A stretch of DNA of 64,000 nt from Eledone cirrhosa (lineage: Eukaryota): NCBI GenBank assembly GCA_964016885.1, contig OZ024747.1:6820001-6884000 (forward strand), written 5' to 3'. The position numbers and the translations under genes were made by a program. How positions within the stretch are numbered: the first letter of the stretch is position 1; the number at the start of each line of letters is the position of its first letter. This document shows positions 50,350 to 64,000 of this stretch, in pieces. The notes beneath the pieces were generated by a model that was not told where the DNA came from, did not search any database, and worked only from the letters and a program-made list of their open reading frames with translations.

Positions 50350-50865
50350 ATAACCTACAAAGATTTCATTTACATAAAAGGGAAATATTTCATTGAAACA
50401 CTTTAACAATTCAAAAATTATTTAAGTTTGTGTGTAAGTATTTATGATATGTACACACATCATTATCATCTGCTTTTTCTGTTGCCTGGGTTGAAGGAAA
50501 CCTTTTCTGATGCCAACCCAACAAAAGAATGTCTGCTAAGCAGATAAGGAGAAAAATTATATTGATGTAATCATGAAATTTCCAAGACATTTAAGTACTT
50601 CAACTCTACATCACAGCAACTCTTCCATCACTTCAATCTTTCCCACCAGTACTAGACTTATAAGCTATAGCTTGGGGTTACACACCTTTGGGGCCTCATT
50701 TAAATAAATATATTTTTATTTTATCATTAGTTTTTATTCTTTAACACTAAACCATCAAAAATTATATATATATATATATATATTATTTATTCTTTATCAT
50801 TAACACCGATATAAAAAATAATCATGTATAATTGTTTAAAATGTTTTACCTGAATCCCTTTAGAA

Positions 50866-51072
50866 AAGGGCCTCAGCAGGTGAAAGTCCAGTCCTGTTTC
50901 CCACCACACCAAGATAACAAACAATCCCTCTGTGAAGGGCCTCAGCAGGTGCAAGTCCAGTCCTGTTTCCCACCACACCAAGATAATAAACAATTCCTCT
51001 GTGAAGGGCCTCAGCAGGTGAAAGTCCAGCTCTGTTTCCCACCCCACCAAGATAACAAACAATCCCTGTGTG
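50866..51072. repeat. 69-bp tandem repeat x3
   Basis: AAGGGCCTCAGCAGGTGAAAGTCCAG...AACAATCCCTCTGTG at 50866, 50935 and 51004. Confidence 0.93.
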
Positions 51073-53239
51073 CTTACTTAATTTTTACCCACCTGTCACA
51101 TAGAGGCTCCCAAACAACCAATCATTCTCATTATCTTCATTTAATGTCTGTTTTCCTTGCTAGCAAGGGTTGGACAACCTAAAAATTCTCAAATTCATAA
51201 ATCATCTCAGCCCTAACACTTATTTCAATAGCTTAGCTATGTTGTAAGAATAATGAAAAAATAAACATACATGATGATCAACATCATTTAACGTCTGCTT
51301 TCCCTGCTAGCGAGGGTTAAGCATATATATACACACACACACTCATATTTATATATTACGGGCTTCCTTATAGTTTCTGAATACCAAATTCACTCAAAAG
51401 ATATCAGTTAGCTGTATGCAATAATAAGACATTTGTCCAAGGTTCTATACCGTGGGACTAAACACGAAGCTGCATGGTCCCGAAGTGAACTTCTCAACCA
51501 CACCCAATATATGTTTGTGTGTGTGTATATGAAGTAGTCATGTATATCTAAAACAAAGTGGTATCAGTTTTAATTATCATTAATCATTGTTCAGTTTGTT
51601 TCATTAAGGATTCATAACCTACAGATAACCACAAATATGTGCATATATAACTTGTTTCCATAATTAATTTTTTGTACGTTTGTATTCATTTCATTTTACG
51701 TTTGCTTTTTCCCTGCTTGTAAGGGTGGAACTATTATATATATATACACAATCTTATTTATATATCATCATCATCACTATTTAATGACCTATTTCCCATG
51801 CTTACATGAATAACATGAGTTGTCATGTTCTGAGGCTAGACTAGTCAGGTGACCATGTCTTGCTTATATGTTCCATTTTAGCTTGGTTTCCATGGTTGGA
51901 CTCCTTATTCTCAACCACTTTACATCAAGTGCTGGAAGGCTAAAGACTCTTTAGATTAATAGATAAGAATTCCCCTAGATAACACCATTAATGAAATATC
52001 TTTAATAGAAACAACTTGAAAGTCCCTTTAGTAGTATCCCAAATATTTAGAACATGCACAAACCTGGAACAGTTAAAATCAAGAGCTGTACATATATGGC
52101 TAAAGATACTTGCCTACAAAGGCAAAGTTTTGATTTATGAAATGCAATTAAAATCAACTGACAAGAAAGTATAATAGAAAGGAAAAAATATATTGGAATG
52201 ACTGAAAGCATTTAAATTATGATATGTAAACCACACTACTTCCTTGAGATGATTGTGAAAGATCTGCAACATGGTGAAACAATAGCAACATTACAAATAA
52301 TATTGAGAATCAGAAAAAAAGAACAATATATTAACTACATTAATTAAATAGAAGATTCCACTGAGAGAAAGTCATAGCATACCTCCCTGCTTGACAGGAA
52401 TCAACATTTCTTAAAGATGGCAGTATGGTGATTTTAAATTAGATGTATATGTGCCTAAGTAGCTTGATTAATTGGTGATTAACCTTTTAACATGCAATTT
52501 ACATAGCAAAATGTAAGGAGCAACCTATTGGCACCTGTTTTATTTTACTAATGCTTTTAGATACATAGCAAGATATATTGTTTATTTGTGGAAGGGGGCG
52601 TAACTGTTACTGTGGGCTTTTGCGATGAGAAGCATTCACACATACAAACATGTATATATATATATATACTATCAGAGTCTTGAAGGCATCCCATCCAGCA
52701 CTAATGATTTTGTAGTTCAACTAGACTGGGACCTTATTTGTCACACAGAAGGAGGAAAAGTAAAGTTGACCTGATAGGGATTCAAACATAAAATGCAAGG
52801 AAATGAAATAAATACTGCAAGGCATTTTCATCTGGCTCACTAAAATTTCTGCTAATTTGATGAATTGTTAGAGTGAAAAGGTGCCTTGTTACAGCCCTTA
52901 AAATTCTAAATTCAAATACTGCCAGAGTCACAAAATATATACCATTCCAGTACCGCAGTCAATATAATCAACTTTTCCTTCTCTCTCTTCAAATTTCGGG
53001 CCTTATTCTTATGCAAGAAACTAGTGTTCAGTATTCATATATTTTCTTTTAATCAAGTAACAGATATCATAACTTCATATTAATAATATTATTTATAACA
53101 GTAATTATTATTCTTTTACATTGGAATGTGGACATGATGGAGCAGCACCTTCGAGGGTCTTTAGTTGATCATATTGATCTTAGTACATTGATACTATTAT
53201 TGAACATCTACATAAACAAAGACAGTCACATACATACAT

Positions 53240-53270
<31 letters not shown>

Positions 53271-56200
53271 CTAAAATCAACCAAAAGCCCTCCAATGGGC
53301 TTCAAGAGTTTCTTTTTTCTGAATTTCACTTATGGTAGAAGACACTCAAGTTGCCATCCAGTGGGATTGAACTTAAAACAAACCTCTTAACCATACTACC
53401 ATGCTTGCACCCATTTGGAGCTAAACAACCACTGCACTACAACATTTTCCTCAACCACTCACATAAGCAAATGAGAAAGCTTCTAAGGAGTTGCTTGATC
53501 TGTCATCCTAAAATGGAAGAACACATTGGACAGTTTAGTTCTAGATACATTGGCTGAAGCAAAGATGAGATGGGAATGACTGAAATGTTTTTGATTGTTT
53601 ATTAGAGCTGACTTGGAGAAGGAACTAAATAACAACAGGCTCTTACATAAACATAACTGCTGTTATATTCATGTAACAATCTCTATACAAGCATCTTTAC
53701 TGAATTATAGTTACCCTATAATATACAAATAAGAACCTCATCTAAACATTTAATTCTATATTGACAAAATATATAAAGTAATCATTGTATCTGTTAACGT
53801 GTTGGATTTATTTCTACCATTAATCCTCCGCTTAACATTTTTGTTTTCTTTTTGTATATCATATCCCATTATTTCTCTGCTGTACTAACAGAGAATATAA
53901 ACTTGTGAAGGTCATGGGCACGGCGCCTTCCTCCAGACAAAGCCCATAATAAAAGAACAAAAAAAACAATCTCTTTGAAATATTACTTTTTTAATGTATT
54001 TGCCTGTTTTCACATACTTAGTTTATTAAATCTGAAATATTGGGGAGAAAAATAAAAATTACATATATTTGAAATAAATTTGTACCTTACAAAAATATTT
54101 TTTTCTTTTTCTTTTCCATTTAAAAAAAAAAATTTGTAATTTGTTTATTTTTATTTGACAAAATGTCTTGCTGTGTTTGTTCCAGTCTTTATATTGTAAG
54201 TTGAAATCTTGCCAAAGTCAATTTAACACCAATCCAAGGCAGTGGATTGATGGAATTATTACATCATTGACCCATACCTAGGGGTATTTGTTCCCTGCAT
54301 TCCGAGTTTGCCTACAACAACAGATACCTAGTTGTATCAAACCTTACCTTTCTCTCGGACAATGTTGTTATCCTGGAGAGGAAACTTGCTTCTATAAAAT
54401 GTCTTGTCCATGTTTGTGTCAAGAGGGGCATTTTCCATTTACATAGATATATATATATTCAATTCTGACAAGCCTTATCCACCACACGTTTTCAGCTCAA
54501 GATCATGCAAACCTATACTCAAATGTGCCCTAGACCAACCAAGAAAACTATTTGGCTGCGACTTCTAGTAGGATAAGTAACTATAGGGACTTCCTTGTTG
54601 ACTTTTTAACAGAAGATATGGCAGTGTGCTGAAGCTTATCCTAGCTGCAGATATCCAGTTGATCTCTTTCCTTTGATATAAGGCCAATCTATTGTAGTAA
54701 TATGTAAGTGTTAACATTTAATACTGCTTCTTTTTCAGTTCTTTTTGCTCCCCATGTATCATTGGTCAACAAGAGATTTCCATTCCACATACTTGCAAGC
54801 TCTGCCACGGGCCTACTCCCAGGCCAGGCATCATCTCATTGTTTCTGTAGCAATTTTGATTATTGGAGTTGAGATTACTTGCCTCATGCTCCCTCTCCTT
54901 TCAATAGATTATAAAACTAACTAGAAATAAATATGCAGTAAAGGAAAAAATAGTCAATTATTAATATTATTTTCATTTTTCTGGTAAGTACAAAAGACAA
55001 CTCTGGATAAGTTTAGTTATTATTCTGGATGATTGGATAACATCTATGAGCTTGGCTAGTCTCGTTTGGGGATCCAGTTGGAGATGGTTACTTCTTACAG
55101 GACCTGCTGGGAAGAGAGGACTGCCCCCATTACCCTCTCAGGAATAGGTGGATGAAGAAGACGAGTCATATTCATATGTATTTTGTCTAGCTGTGGAATT
55201 TGGCCCATGAGAATCTTTACAACAGCTTGGGATGCTCATCAGAGCTAGCAAGCTGCTTCATCTCAAGATATGCTGGGGAAAAATATTGGGAGACTACTTA
55301 TTAAAATACAAACATGATGACCCGATTACCAATACAGTGTGGATTGTGAAGTGTATATATTTTTTAACCATTTAGGCAGAAGAGAAAGGGGCAGTACCAT
55401 GAATCTCTCTTTTTCAGTGCATTCTGAGACTCGGTGGAAGAAAGGAAGTTATTCTCAAACCAGAGACCTGGCTCAAATATTTGTAAAAGTGTGGATTCTA
55501 TTAAATGACCAGGGAAGTGTGCGTGTATGAAGGGGGTGTAAGTCCTACCTTCCTGAGAGAAAAAAATTTAGAGGAATTTTGAGGCCATATGAAATGAATT
55601 ATTTACCAATTACTGGCTATTGATTAGTGTATGCCAGTCAAAAGTTAATTCGTTTTATATGTAAAGTGGGCTTACATAAAACAATTTGATTGCAAAACTT
55701 TGATTATTTTATAATGTAGTTGGCGTTAGGAAGAGCATCCAGTCACAGATACAAAACCAAAATCAGTTCTGTATGAGCAAGACATAGTCATCTTACCTGG
55801 TTTGTCTCACAACGGGGCAAATCGTCTAACCCATGCTAGCGTGGAAAATGGATATTAAACGGTGATGATGATGATGAAATGTAAAAATAACAAACTTTCA
55901 GTACAGTGAATCAGTGCTGTGAAATAAAATCTTAATATTAAGTCGCATTATCCCACCAAGGTCACCTTGGCTTTTCATGCTTCAGGAGTCCATAGAATAA
56001 AGTACCAGTAAAGTACTAGGGTCGATATGATCGACCCCTTCCCCCGTCAAAATTGCTAATAGACTCTCTATTTAACTGGTAAGTTATTTAATTTTTATAT
56101 TTGGGGAGGGTCATGTGCTAATATTGACAAAAAATAGTAAAACACACTCACTGTTTAGTTTGGTTTTAGTTTCAGTATATATTTTTTTATTTTATAGATA

Positions 56201-56987
56201 CCCACAAAACAGTGAAAAGCTAAAGTTTACTTCGCCGTGATTTGAACTCATAACATAAAGGGGTGTAACTAAATACTGCAAATATATATATTTTTTTAGT
56301 CTCTCCGATTCTGTCAATTCAACGCATTAAATATATAATTATATACATTGAAAGTGATAGAATCGATATTTAATGAGTTGATGAAGTAAATTATATCCAG
56401 AAACTCAGTCTAATAAACATGCACTGAAATGGACTGAACTTCATGTAATGGGTTTGGTCAAAACTAAAATAGTGTTGTGTAGGATTGGTAAAATCTATGC
56501 TGAAATTCGAAGGCATTTTAAAAATAAAACACTAAACCTATATATATTTTAAGTATGGTACTCTGTAAGGGTAATTAAACTCACACCAAGGTAGAGATGA
56601 TCCTCTCCTGAGTATACGAGAAGCGATAATTAAACTTTAGCGGGTGGTTGGTCCACTCCTCGACCTTGACTTTAAAATGTTGACTGGGGGTGTGTCAACT
56701 GTTTCTTGTTTGTTCCAGTAGTGGTTGATTTGCGTGTGATGTGTGTGACAAAAGTTTGACAAATCCCAATCTAAACATTTAGTAAATATTTTAATTAAAT
56801 TCAGCGTACACCTTTTTGAATTCTTGATCATAATTTAATTATAGAACTATTTGTAGTTATATATTTCTTTCCTCATCAGTTATCATCTACATTTCAAGTT
56901 TTACATTCAACCATTACGGTGTCTTATGGAATGTTGCCACTGTTTCAAAACAAATGTAACTTCTTTATTTTCCCACCATTTCAAAAT

Positions 56988-57019
56988 ATGGCGTTCAAGC
57001 GAAGACGAATTGATGCCAG
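56988..57019 (+). CDS. Probable first coding exon of an unidentified gene (MAFKRRRIDA)
   Basis: AAAATATGGCG start context, basic NLS-like KRRR, donor CAG|GTAAAT. Confidence 0.5.
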
Positions 57020-58096
57020 GTAAATGCAATGTTTGTTTAAATTTTATGTAGAACTATATTTGTATTAACGCTCTAGTGATTATAAACTAGCTTATTATCT
57101 GTATTTGTTTATATTACACCAATCAATTAATTTGACATAAGATATATTTATATTTAGTTATACTTGTGTGTATGTTTCATTATAGAAATTAAAATAATTA
57201 TAGAAATTAAAATAATTATAGAAATTAAAATGTATATATATATAAATTCACTTTCTCTAAATTCTAAATCTTATGAAGTGGGTTATTAATTTATAAAATA
57301 ACAATTGCACGCGACAACGAATTGTTTTTTAACCGCTATGAAAGATTAAACCGACTTCCGACTTACTGCTAAATACATAACATGAAATATTTAAAGCTAG
57401 TTTTAATCGTTTGTATTAGAAAAGGTTTAGTTTGTTAACTTTTTTATGTTTTATGGTTTACAAGTACTCTTTTTAACGGACTGTTAAAACATCAACATTC
57501 GTACTATTGGTTCCTGCGACTCTTGAAGATGACACCTGTTCTAATGTAGCGAAATCTATCCACACATTGACCCCCCTCCGGGTGACATTTAACCGTAATT
57601 TTCTAGGTTACATCATTGTGACGCCAGTGGTGTGAGGTAGCAGGTCACTTTCGGGTTAAGACTAGATCAGTTCTCAGATCAGTCTAGGGGAACCTTCCTA
57701 CTATAAACACGGCAATGTTTTTCTTTGGTCTCTGGCTGGAGACGCATATTTTGTCTACCCATCAAACCACTAGCAAGGTGTAGTCCTTGGCAAACATATC
57801 TCTTGGCCCTGCCTGTGGACAGGGCCATAAGAAATAACAGCCAGCCCCTTCTGTAAGGCAAGTTACCTTGTATCGCTGCACACACGATTTCATCATACCC
57901 AAATATATCTCACGTACTTCTCGGTGTACACAGAGTTTGTGTTGACAGCTATCATAGGTTCTTTGAAACTAGTGTGGTCGGTGCCATTAATGTTCTGCTC
58001 GAATTATTGCAAGTTGAGAGATACCAGACAATTATGTCGGGGAATTCCAGAGGATATTCTATATTCATGTCTATATATTTAAAAAATGTGAACATT

Positions 58097-58138
58097 TATG
58101 TATGTTGTTATGCAGCCACAGTTACCGCTACCCCCCTC

Positions 58139-58189
<51 letters not shown>

Positions 58190-58236
58190 CATAGAGAGGG
58201 GTGGGGGGTAACTGTAGCTGCATAACAACATACATA
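58097..58236. repeat. Palindrome with 30-bp arms enclosing (CT)n(AT)n
   Basis: TATGTATGTTGTTATGCAGCCACAGTTACC / GGTAACTGTAGCTGCATAACAACATACATA (29 of 30). Confidence 0.88.
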
Positions 58237-58240
58237 GCAT

Positions 58241-58575
58241 GGAGACACATGGCTTAGTGGTTAGAGCATTGGCTTTGCAATCGAAAGGTTGTGAGTTCAA
58301 TTCTCAGACCGGGTGATGTGTTGTTTCCTTGAGCAAAACACTTTATTTTAGATTGCTCCAGTTTACTCAGCTGTAGAAATGAGATGATAGGGACTGGGGT
58401 CCCTATCATTCCACTGCAAAGTGGTCGTGGAGGTGCCACGGCAAAAAAGCACCCAGCACTCACTGTAAATGAGGTTGGTGTTAGGAAGGGCATCCAGCTG
58501 TAGAAATCAAGCCAGAATCAGTTCCTGTCCCACCCTTGCAAGCAGGGAAAAAGCGGACGTAAAATGAAATGATGT
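58241..58575 (+). mobile_element. tRNA-derived SINE with RTE-type 3' tail
   Basis: TGGCTTAGTGGTTAGAG A-box, GAGTTCAATTC B-box, CCTTGAGCAA core, tail GCAAGCAGGGAAAAAGCGGACGTAAAATGA matching the RTE end at 4950-4997. Confidence 0.75.
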
Positions 58576-59559
58576 ATATATACACATATATTCATCTCCA
58601 GCATATACTGTGTTATTTTCATTGTCTAGTACTCAATTCCTCGAATATTTGATCTGTTCTCATGGCAGTATCGGTAGAGGGTCGGACGCCAAGCTTTGAC
58701 GTATAGAGTTATGGCCCTTGCCATTCTGAGTTCAAATCCCGCCAAGGTTAACTTTGCCTTTCATCCTTACGGGGTCGATAAAATAAAGTACCAGTAATAC
58801 ACTGGGTGATTTGCTGGCCTTGTGCCTAAAGTAGAAACAATTATTAATCATCATTTTATGTCCGTTTTACCACACTGGCATGGGTTGGACAGATCATTAC
58901 AGACCATGTCAGTACTTAATTGGAGCTATTCTCCTCCTAGACTGGCTGAGGCTATGTCTCGCATGCATGTTTCAGTTTTGGCATTGTTTCTACAGTTGGA
59001 TACCCTTCTTAATGCCAACCACTTTACAGAGTGTACTGGATGCATTTTATTATGATGCCAGTACTAGAGAGGTTGTCATGTCTTTGGTGTGATTAAAGAG
59101 TCCCTTTGATCCTTTTTGGCATGATTTCTATAGCTAGATACTCCCATGTCACCAACCACTTTACAGAGTGTTTTGAGTTTATTTTATTGTAGTACATGCA
59201 CTAGAGAGGTTGTCAGGTTGTTCACTCGACTAAAGAGTCCCCCCCCCCCCCCCTACTGAATTGTTACCACCACATGTCTCCAGTCTTTGCAGTTTGTTGT
59301 CATCTCTACCATGAAATTCAGCATCCTCAGGTTTCGTGGTTGGAGAGTTGGGCTCACAATTGTGAGTTTGATTCTCTGACCAAGAGATGGATATTTCATT
59401 GCTCCAGTTTTATTTTGGTTTCTCTTTTATTGTTTTGATCTGAAATAAGAGTTTGTGTTGATGGCTTTCATATATGCAAGGATTGTTTTTTTACTGTTAA
59501 AAAAAAATGATTGGCATGCTCTTGCTAGGGGATGTTTTTGAGTTTTCTGTTTATGAAGT

Positions 59560-59935
59560 TAGTGTGAATTTAGCATGGTGTGTCTAGGTTGCATGTGGAT
59601 AATGTTTGGGTGTAGAAAGTTAAGAGGAATTAAGAATGGTATGATCTGTGAAGGTATAGATGTTGTTAGAGGTGATGGTATGTAGATTGTTGATGAATAA
59701 GAGGAAGAAAGTGAGGAGCAAAATCAAACCTTAGGGCACACCTGAGTTGATATTTTGGCTCAGAGAGAGAACCCCATCAGCATACATTACAATAGTGTGT
59801 GATCCAAGAGACATGTGGTAGCTGGAATCTATAAGTTTTGATTCATTTGTCAAACACGGTTAAATGCTTTGCTGATGTCAAAGACAATAGCTCTGCTTTC
59901 ACTAGATTTCTCAAGGGCTGGTGCCCACTGGCAGG
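59560..59935 (-). mobile_element. Degraded LINE reverse-transcriptase fragment (jockey/CR1 group)
   Basis: AIVFDISKAFNRV*, INSGVP*G..L..FLLFINNL and IYTFTD (eroded YADD). Confidence 0.7.
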
Positions 59936-61641
59936 TGACATAAAAGCATAGGTTACAAAAGCCATATCAGTAGTTATTAAGGAAATTTAGTCTGTTGACA
60001 TATACCATTGTAAACATATGAGTTGTGTTACAATAGATAGGGGATGCAATCGAGAAGTTGCTTCCCGTTTTTCAAAACCAGTGAAAATGTGTAATTTCAT
60101 GAAGTAGTTTATCTATTCTTGAACTAATTACATCCTACTAGCTGTGACTAACTAGTTCAATTGGTTATGTATATAGAATTCAGTTATGTAATGCCAAAAG
60201 CTCTACTTTCCTTATGTCTGTGTAACAAGGGCTTTAGTAACCATGGATCACTTGTATAGTTCAGATAAAGTTGCTTTGACTTCATAGAACATTTTGAAAA
60301 TTGTATTGAAGGTTAAATGTATGAGATAAGTAGTTATCTCTTTATATCTTGTACTACGTGAAACCACATTAACAAGACATACTTGAAAAGTACAAACGAG
60401 CAAGTACTATGACAACATCATATTAAAAATTATAGTCTTTACTCTAATACTGCAATTTTTTCCAATGGTCTGTTCACTAGTAAAGATACTTTGAATGTTT
60501 AAATTACCAAACATGGTTTTTAGATGTTTCTGGCTAAATCATTGCAGGATGTTAATAGTTAATTTTTCTGACTATTAAAAATTACAACATTAATTGTCCA
60601 AGTGTCAGTGGTCTAGTGAATAAGAATGTTATTACCTTTAGTCTAGACCTAAAGATTCCTAGTTCCAGTCTGGTAGTATGTTCATATCCAACAATAAGAC
60701 ACCCGGTGTTAATAGATCAAACTAATTGAAATGTAGTATAGATGTAAATATAAAAACATATATTTCATCTCTAAAAATGAAGTTACTTCTCCCAAAAAAT
60801 GATAATCTTTTTAATTCTAGTTTGAATCCAGTCTCATACTATTTACATATTCAAGACATATAATGACAATAGAAAATCAAATGAAGTTACCATCATCATC
60901 ATCATTTAACATCCGTTCTTCCTGTTATCAAGGATTGGACAGGTCATCACAGACCAAGTGAGTACTTATTCAGAGCTACCATATGCTTAAATGGGTATTT
61001 TATTGTGGCACCAGCAACTATGAACTCAGCCCTTTTCTGGCTTGGTTTTTATGGCTGGAAGCCCTTCCTAACATCAATTACTTGGCAAAGTGTATTGAAT
61101 GTTTTATCATTGTACTAACAGTAGGGAGGTTGACTGAAGGGTTCATGGGTGGAGGAGGTAAGTACAATGTCTGGAATGACCATCAGTGGGAGGGGATGAC
61201 AAATATGACATGTGGGAGAGAGAAACTATGTTATGGGTGTATGACTGATGAGAGGGTGGTAGGAGTAGGGTTCTGTGTTGGTATGTTAGGATTTAAAAGG
61301 GGGTGGTCCTGGATAGAGTGGAGCTAAGGGTGGGGGTGTACAATTTAGTATGCTGGTAGATGAGTCTTCTTCAATACAGCAAGTCACCAATACATGTAAT
61401 TCTATTATATCTCTTGTGCATCCATAGATTACTTTTTGTACTACACCTTATGGTGAGGTAAACCTAGGGTAGCACACTTATCTGAAGAAGTGTAAGGACC
61501 TGGATGAAGAGTGGGGTGTTAGGATGTGGGAGGTACGAGGGGGAGGTAGGGACAAAGATGAAGAGTGGTATGTTAGGATGTAGATTAAACACAAGTTTAA
61601 TAATTCTCTGTATTATCTGCTTTTGACTCTTGCAACTCAGG

Positions 61642-62125
61642 AGTGTGTGTGTTTGTGTGTATTTCTGTGTTTGTGTGTATTTCTGTGTTTGTGTGTATTT
61701 CTGTGTTTGTGTGTATCTCTGTGTTTGTGTGTATCTCTGTGTTTGTGTGTATCTCTGTGTTTGTGTGTATCTCTGTGTTTGTGTGTATCTCTGTGTTTGT
61801 GTGTATCTCTGTGTGTATCTCTGTGTTTATCTCTGTGTTTATCTCTGTGTTTATCTCTGTGTTTATCTCTGTGTGTATCTCTGTGTTTGTGTGTATTTCT
61901 GCGTGTGTATCTCTGTGTGTATGTGTATCTCTGTGTGTATTTCTGTGTTTGTGTGTATCTCTGTGTGTATTTCTGTGTTTGTGTGTATCTCTGTGTGTAT
62001 GTGTATCTCTGTGTATTTCTGTGTTTGTGTGTATCTCTGTGTGTATTTCTGTGTTTGTGTGTGTATCTCTGTGTTTGTGTGTGTATCTCTGTGTGTGTTT
62101 GTGTGTATGTCTGTGTGTGTATGTT
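61642..62125. repeat. Compound GT-rich micro/minisatellite (12-18-bp units GTGTTTGTGTGTATYTCT)
   Basis: Direct reading. The overlapping ORFs are artefacts. Confidence 0.95.
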
Positions 62126-63024
62126 TGTACAAATGCAAGAACAAATATAGAAAATACATTTTTGTTTATTATTTTTATTATACTTTCAGTCAGGAAACAA
62201 CAATCTTGAAGTATTTTCGAGTTTGCCGTGATCCGTGTGAGAGATTTTATTATCTTAAATTTTGAAATAAGTTTCTGTGAGTTCTGATAATAGCACAACT
62301 TTTCTATGAATAATAATGATGCTCTGTCATAATATTTCAGTGAATGGTGATGACGACGATGATGATGATAATTGTTTCTAATTTTGGCACAAGAGCAGCA
62401 ATTATCCCAGTGCATTACTGGTACTTTATTTTATCGACCCCGTAAGGATGAAAGGCAAAGTTAACCTCGGCAGGATTTGAACTCAGATCATAAAGGGACG
62501 TAACTCTATGCTTCAAAGCATGGTGTCCGACGCTCTACCGATTCTGCCAATTCACCTTTATGATAATAATAATTAACGTACATCCATACTAACATGAGGG
62601 TATGTGGTGTAGTTGATTAAACTGACTTTGGTGAGATTTCCAGTCAGAACATAAAGTCACGGTACTAAATAAATACTGTGTGTTGTCTTGTCTGACACAT
62701 TAACAATGCTGCCAAACAATTTATCATCATCATCGTCATGTAAGAAGTCTGCCAGATGTTGCAGAATTATTGATTTTTTAGTAATTTATATATGTAAGTA
62801 AATTAAATTTTTTAGTAATTTATATATGTAAGAAAATTAAATTTTTTACATCATCCATATTCTTTGCTTTTAAATAATACTAAGAACACATTTAAATAAT
62901 ACATTTCTGTATATTCATAAGTGTTATATGGTTAAACTGTTTGTTTCACACTTCAGTTTATTTTTTATTATTGTTTTACATACAGCTTGGATAAATGAAT
63001 ACTATTTTTTGTTTTTCTTTACAG

Positions 63025-63141
63025 TAACCTCAAGCGACATATCTACACATGCATTATCAACTCTGTCACAGTCTATTGTCACTAACAACAGTCCAACAAT
63101 GACCAGTACCTCAAAGTGCCAGACTACAATTTCTACAGAAG
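63025..63141 (+). CDS. Probable internal exon, S/T-rich (VTSSDISTHALSTLSQSIVTNNSPTMTSTSKCQTTISTE)
   Basis: Strong acceptor TTTTTCTTTACAG, donor AAG|GTAG, 117 nt, phase 1-1 open. Confidence 0.55.
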
Positions 63142-63597
63142 GTAGATATTACATGCAGAAGTTCATTAAAAACCCTTTCAACATTCTATTTGTAATCTCT
63201 CTCTCTCTCTCTGTATATATTCTGAAGTGACCTTGTATTATAAATTAACACACTTAACAAGCCACTATTCGGTCACTTTACATGCTAGAAATAGCTGCCA
63301 AATCTCCCTCAGAATAATTGTTTTCCAAGATGTCTCAATTCACAATTATTTTAGAATTTAATCGAAACATTTTAATTAGTAACATAGTAATGAAAAGGTT
63401 TTAAAACATCTTCCTCTTTCCTTGAATTTACATATCTACATACTAAAAAAAATAAAAAAATAAAAACATTTTTTTTTGTTTGTTTTTTTTTTGTATATGG
63501 ACATTTCCAAACATTGAAATCCCTCTGTTTTCTCACTTACATAGCTATAAACAATGGCTATTTCAGTCTTACAGAAGTTATTCCATTTGTTTTCCAG

Positions 63598-63649
63598 ATG
63601 ATCACATCAGAGATGACAACTCGATTTTATCAATATCCGATGACAGTGG
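63598..63649 (+). CDS. Probable internal exon (DDHIRDDNSILSISDDS)
   Basis: Acceptor TTGTTTTCCAG, donor GG|GTAAGT, phase-compatible with the 63025 exon. Confidence 0.55.
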
Positions 63650-64000
63650 GTAAGTGTTTTGGGGGGGTTTTATGTAAAGATTACCCAGCTAGGTATTTTA
63701 ATATTTCTAAATCCTTACCATCAACCCATGACCCTTCTGGTTTGTGGGAAATTCCTTGCTATTAATCTTGAAAAGAGAAAAAGGTAAATGGATACCAGAA
63801 TGGCTAGCAGTGGACTGAATATCTTCCAGTATTCCAGTTATGTCCTTATGTTGTAATATGTTATATACAATAGTTATGTTATATACAATATTTTCATAGA
63901 TATTCACGCACACAATCACCATCATCATCATTGTTGTATGTCTGTTATCCATCATGGCATGGTATTACTTTTAATGGCTATTTTTCTAAGAAAGAGAACT

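Noticed and set aside
54790-55540. Possible old LINE endonuclease remnant
   Set aside because: Motifs too eroded to support a call by eye.
61597-62415. C/V-rich and T/E/I/H-rich ORFs
   Set aside because: Translations of a GT-rich satellite.

Overview
This is AT-rich, intron- and repeat-dense eukaryotic DNA, most likely from an octopus or other coleoid cephalopod. That assignment is inferred from the SINE families, (TA)n/(CAT)n microsatellites and intronless TGEKP-type C2H2 genes. No prokaryotic features (operons, CRISPR, rRNA) are present. Genes read from the sequence: (1) an 8-exon minus-strand Abraxas-family gene (ABRAXAS2/ABRO1-like, 16032->2682, about 606 aa), rebuilt by hand from phase-consistent GT-AG exons that the ORF track mostly misses; (2) two intact single-coding-exon C2H2 zinc-finger genes, one with 8 fingers (21597-22574) and one with 11 fingers and an acidic 8-aa repeat N-terminus (48892-50349); (3) a decayed C2H2 pseudogene at 31.1-31.7 kb, just downstream of a solo-LTR-like element; (4) the probable 5' exons of an unidentified gene starting at 56988. 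The rest is mobile DNA: about 30 copies of one tRNA-derived SINE, other SINE families, CR1-, RTE- and CRE-type LINE fragments, a Helitron-like element with a 500-bp palindrome, piggyBac- and Tc1-type MITEs, minisatellites and many fold-backs. The most unusual observation is at 40.35-41.1 kb. Different SINE subfamily copies are stacked head-to-tail with the same GAAACTA linker at each junction and end in a fold-back, which suggests repeated insertion at one self-regenerating site. All calls are by eye and no database searches were run.
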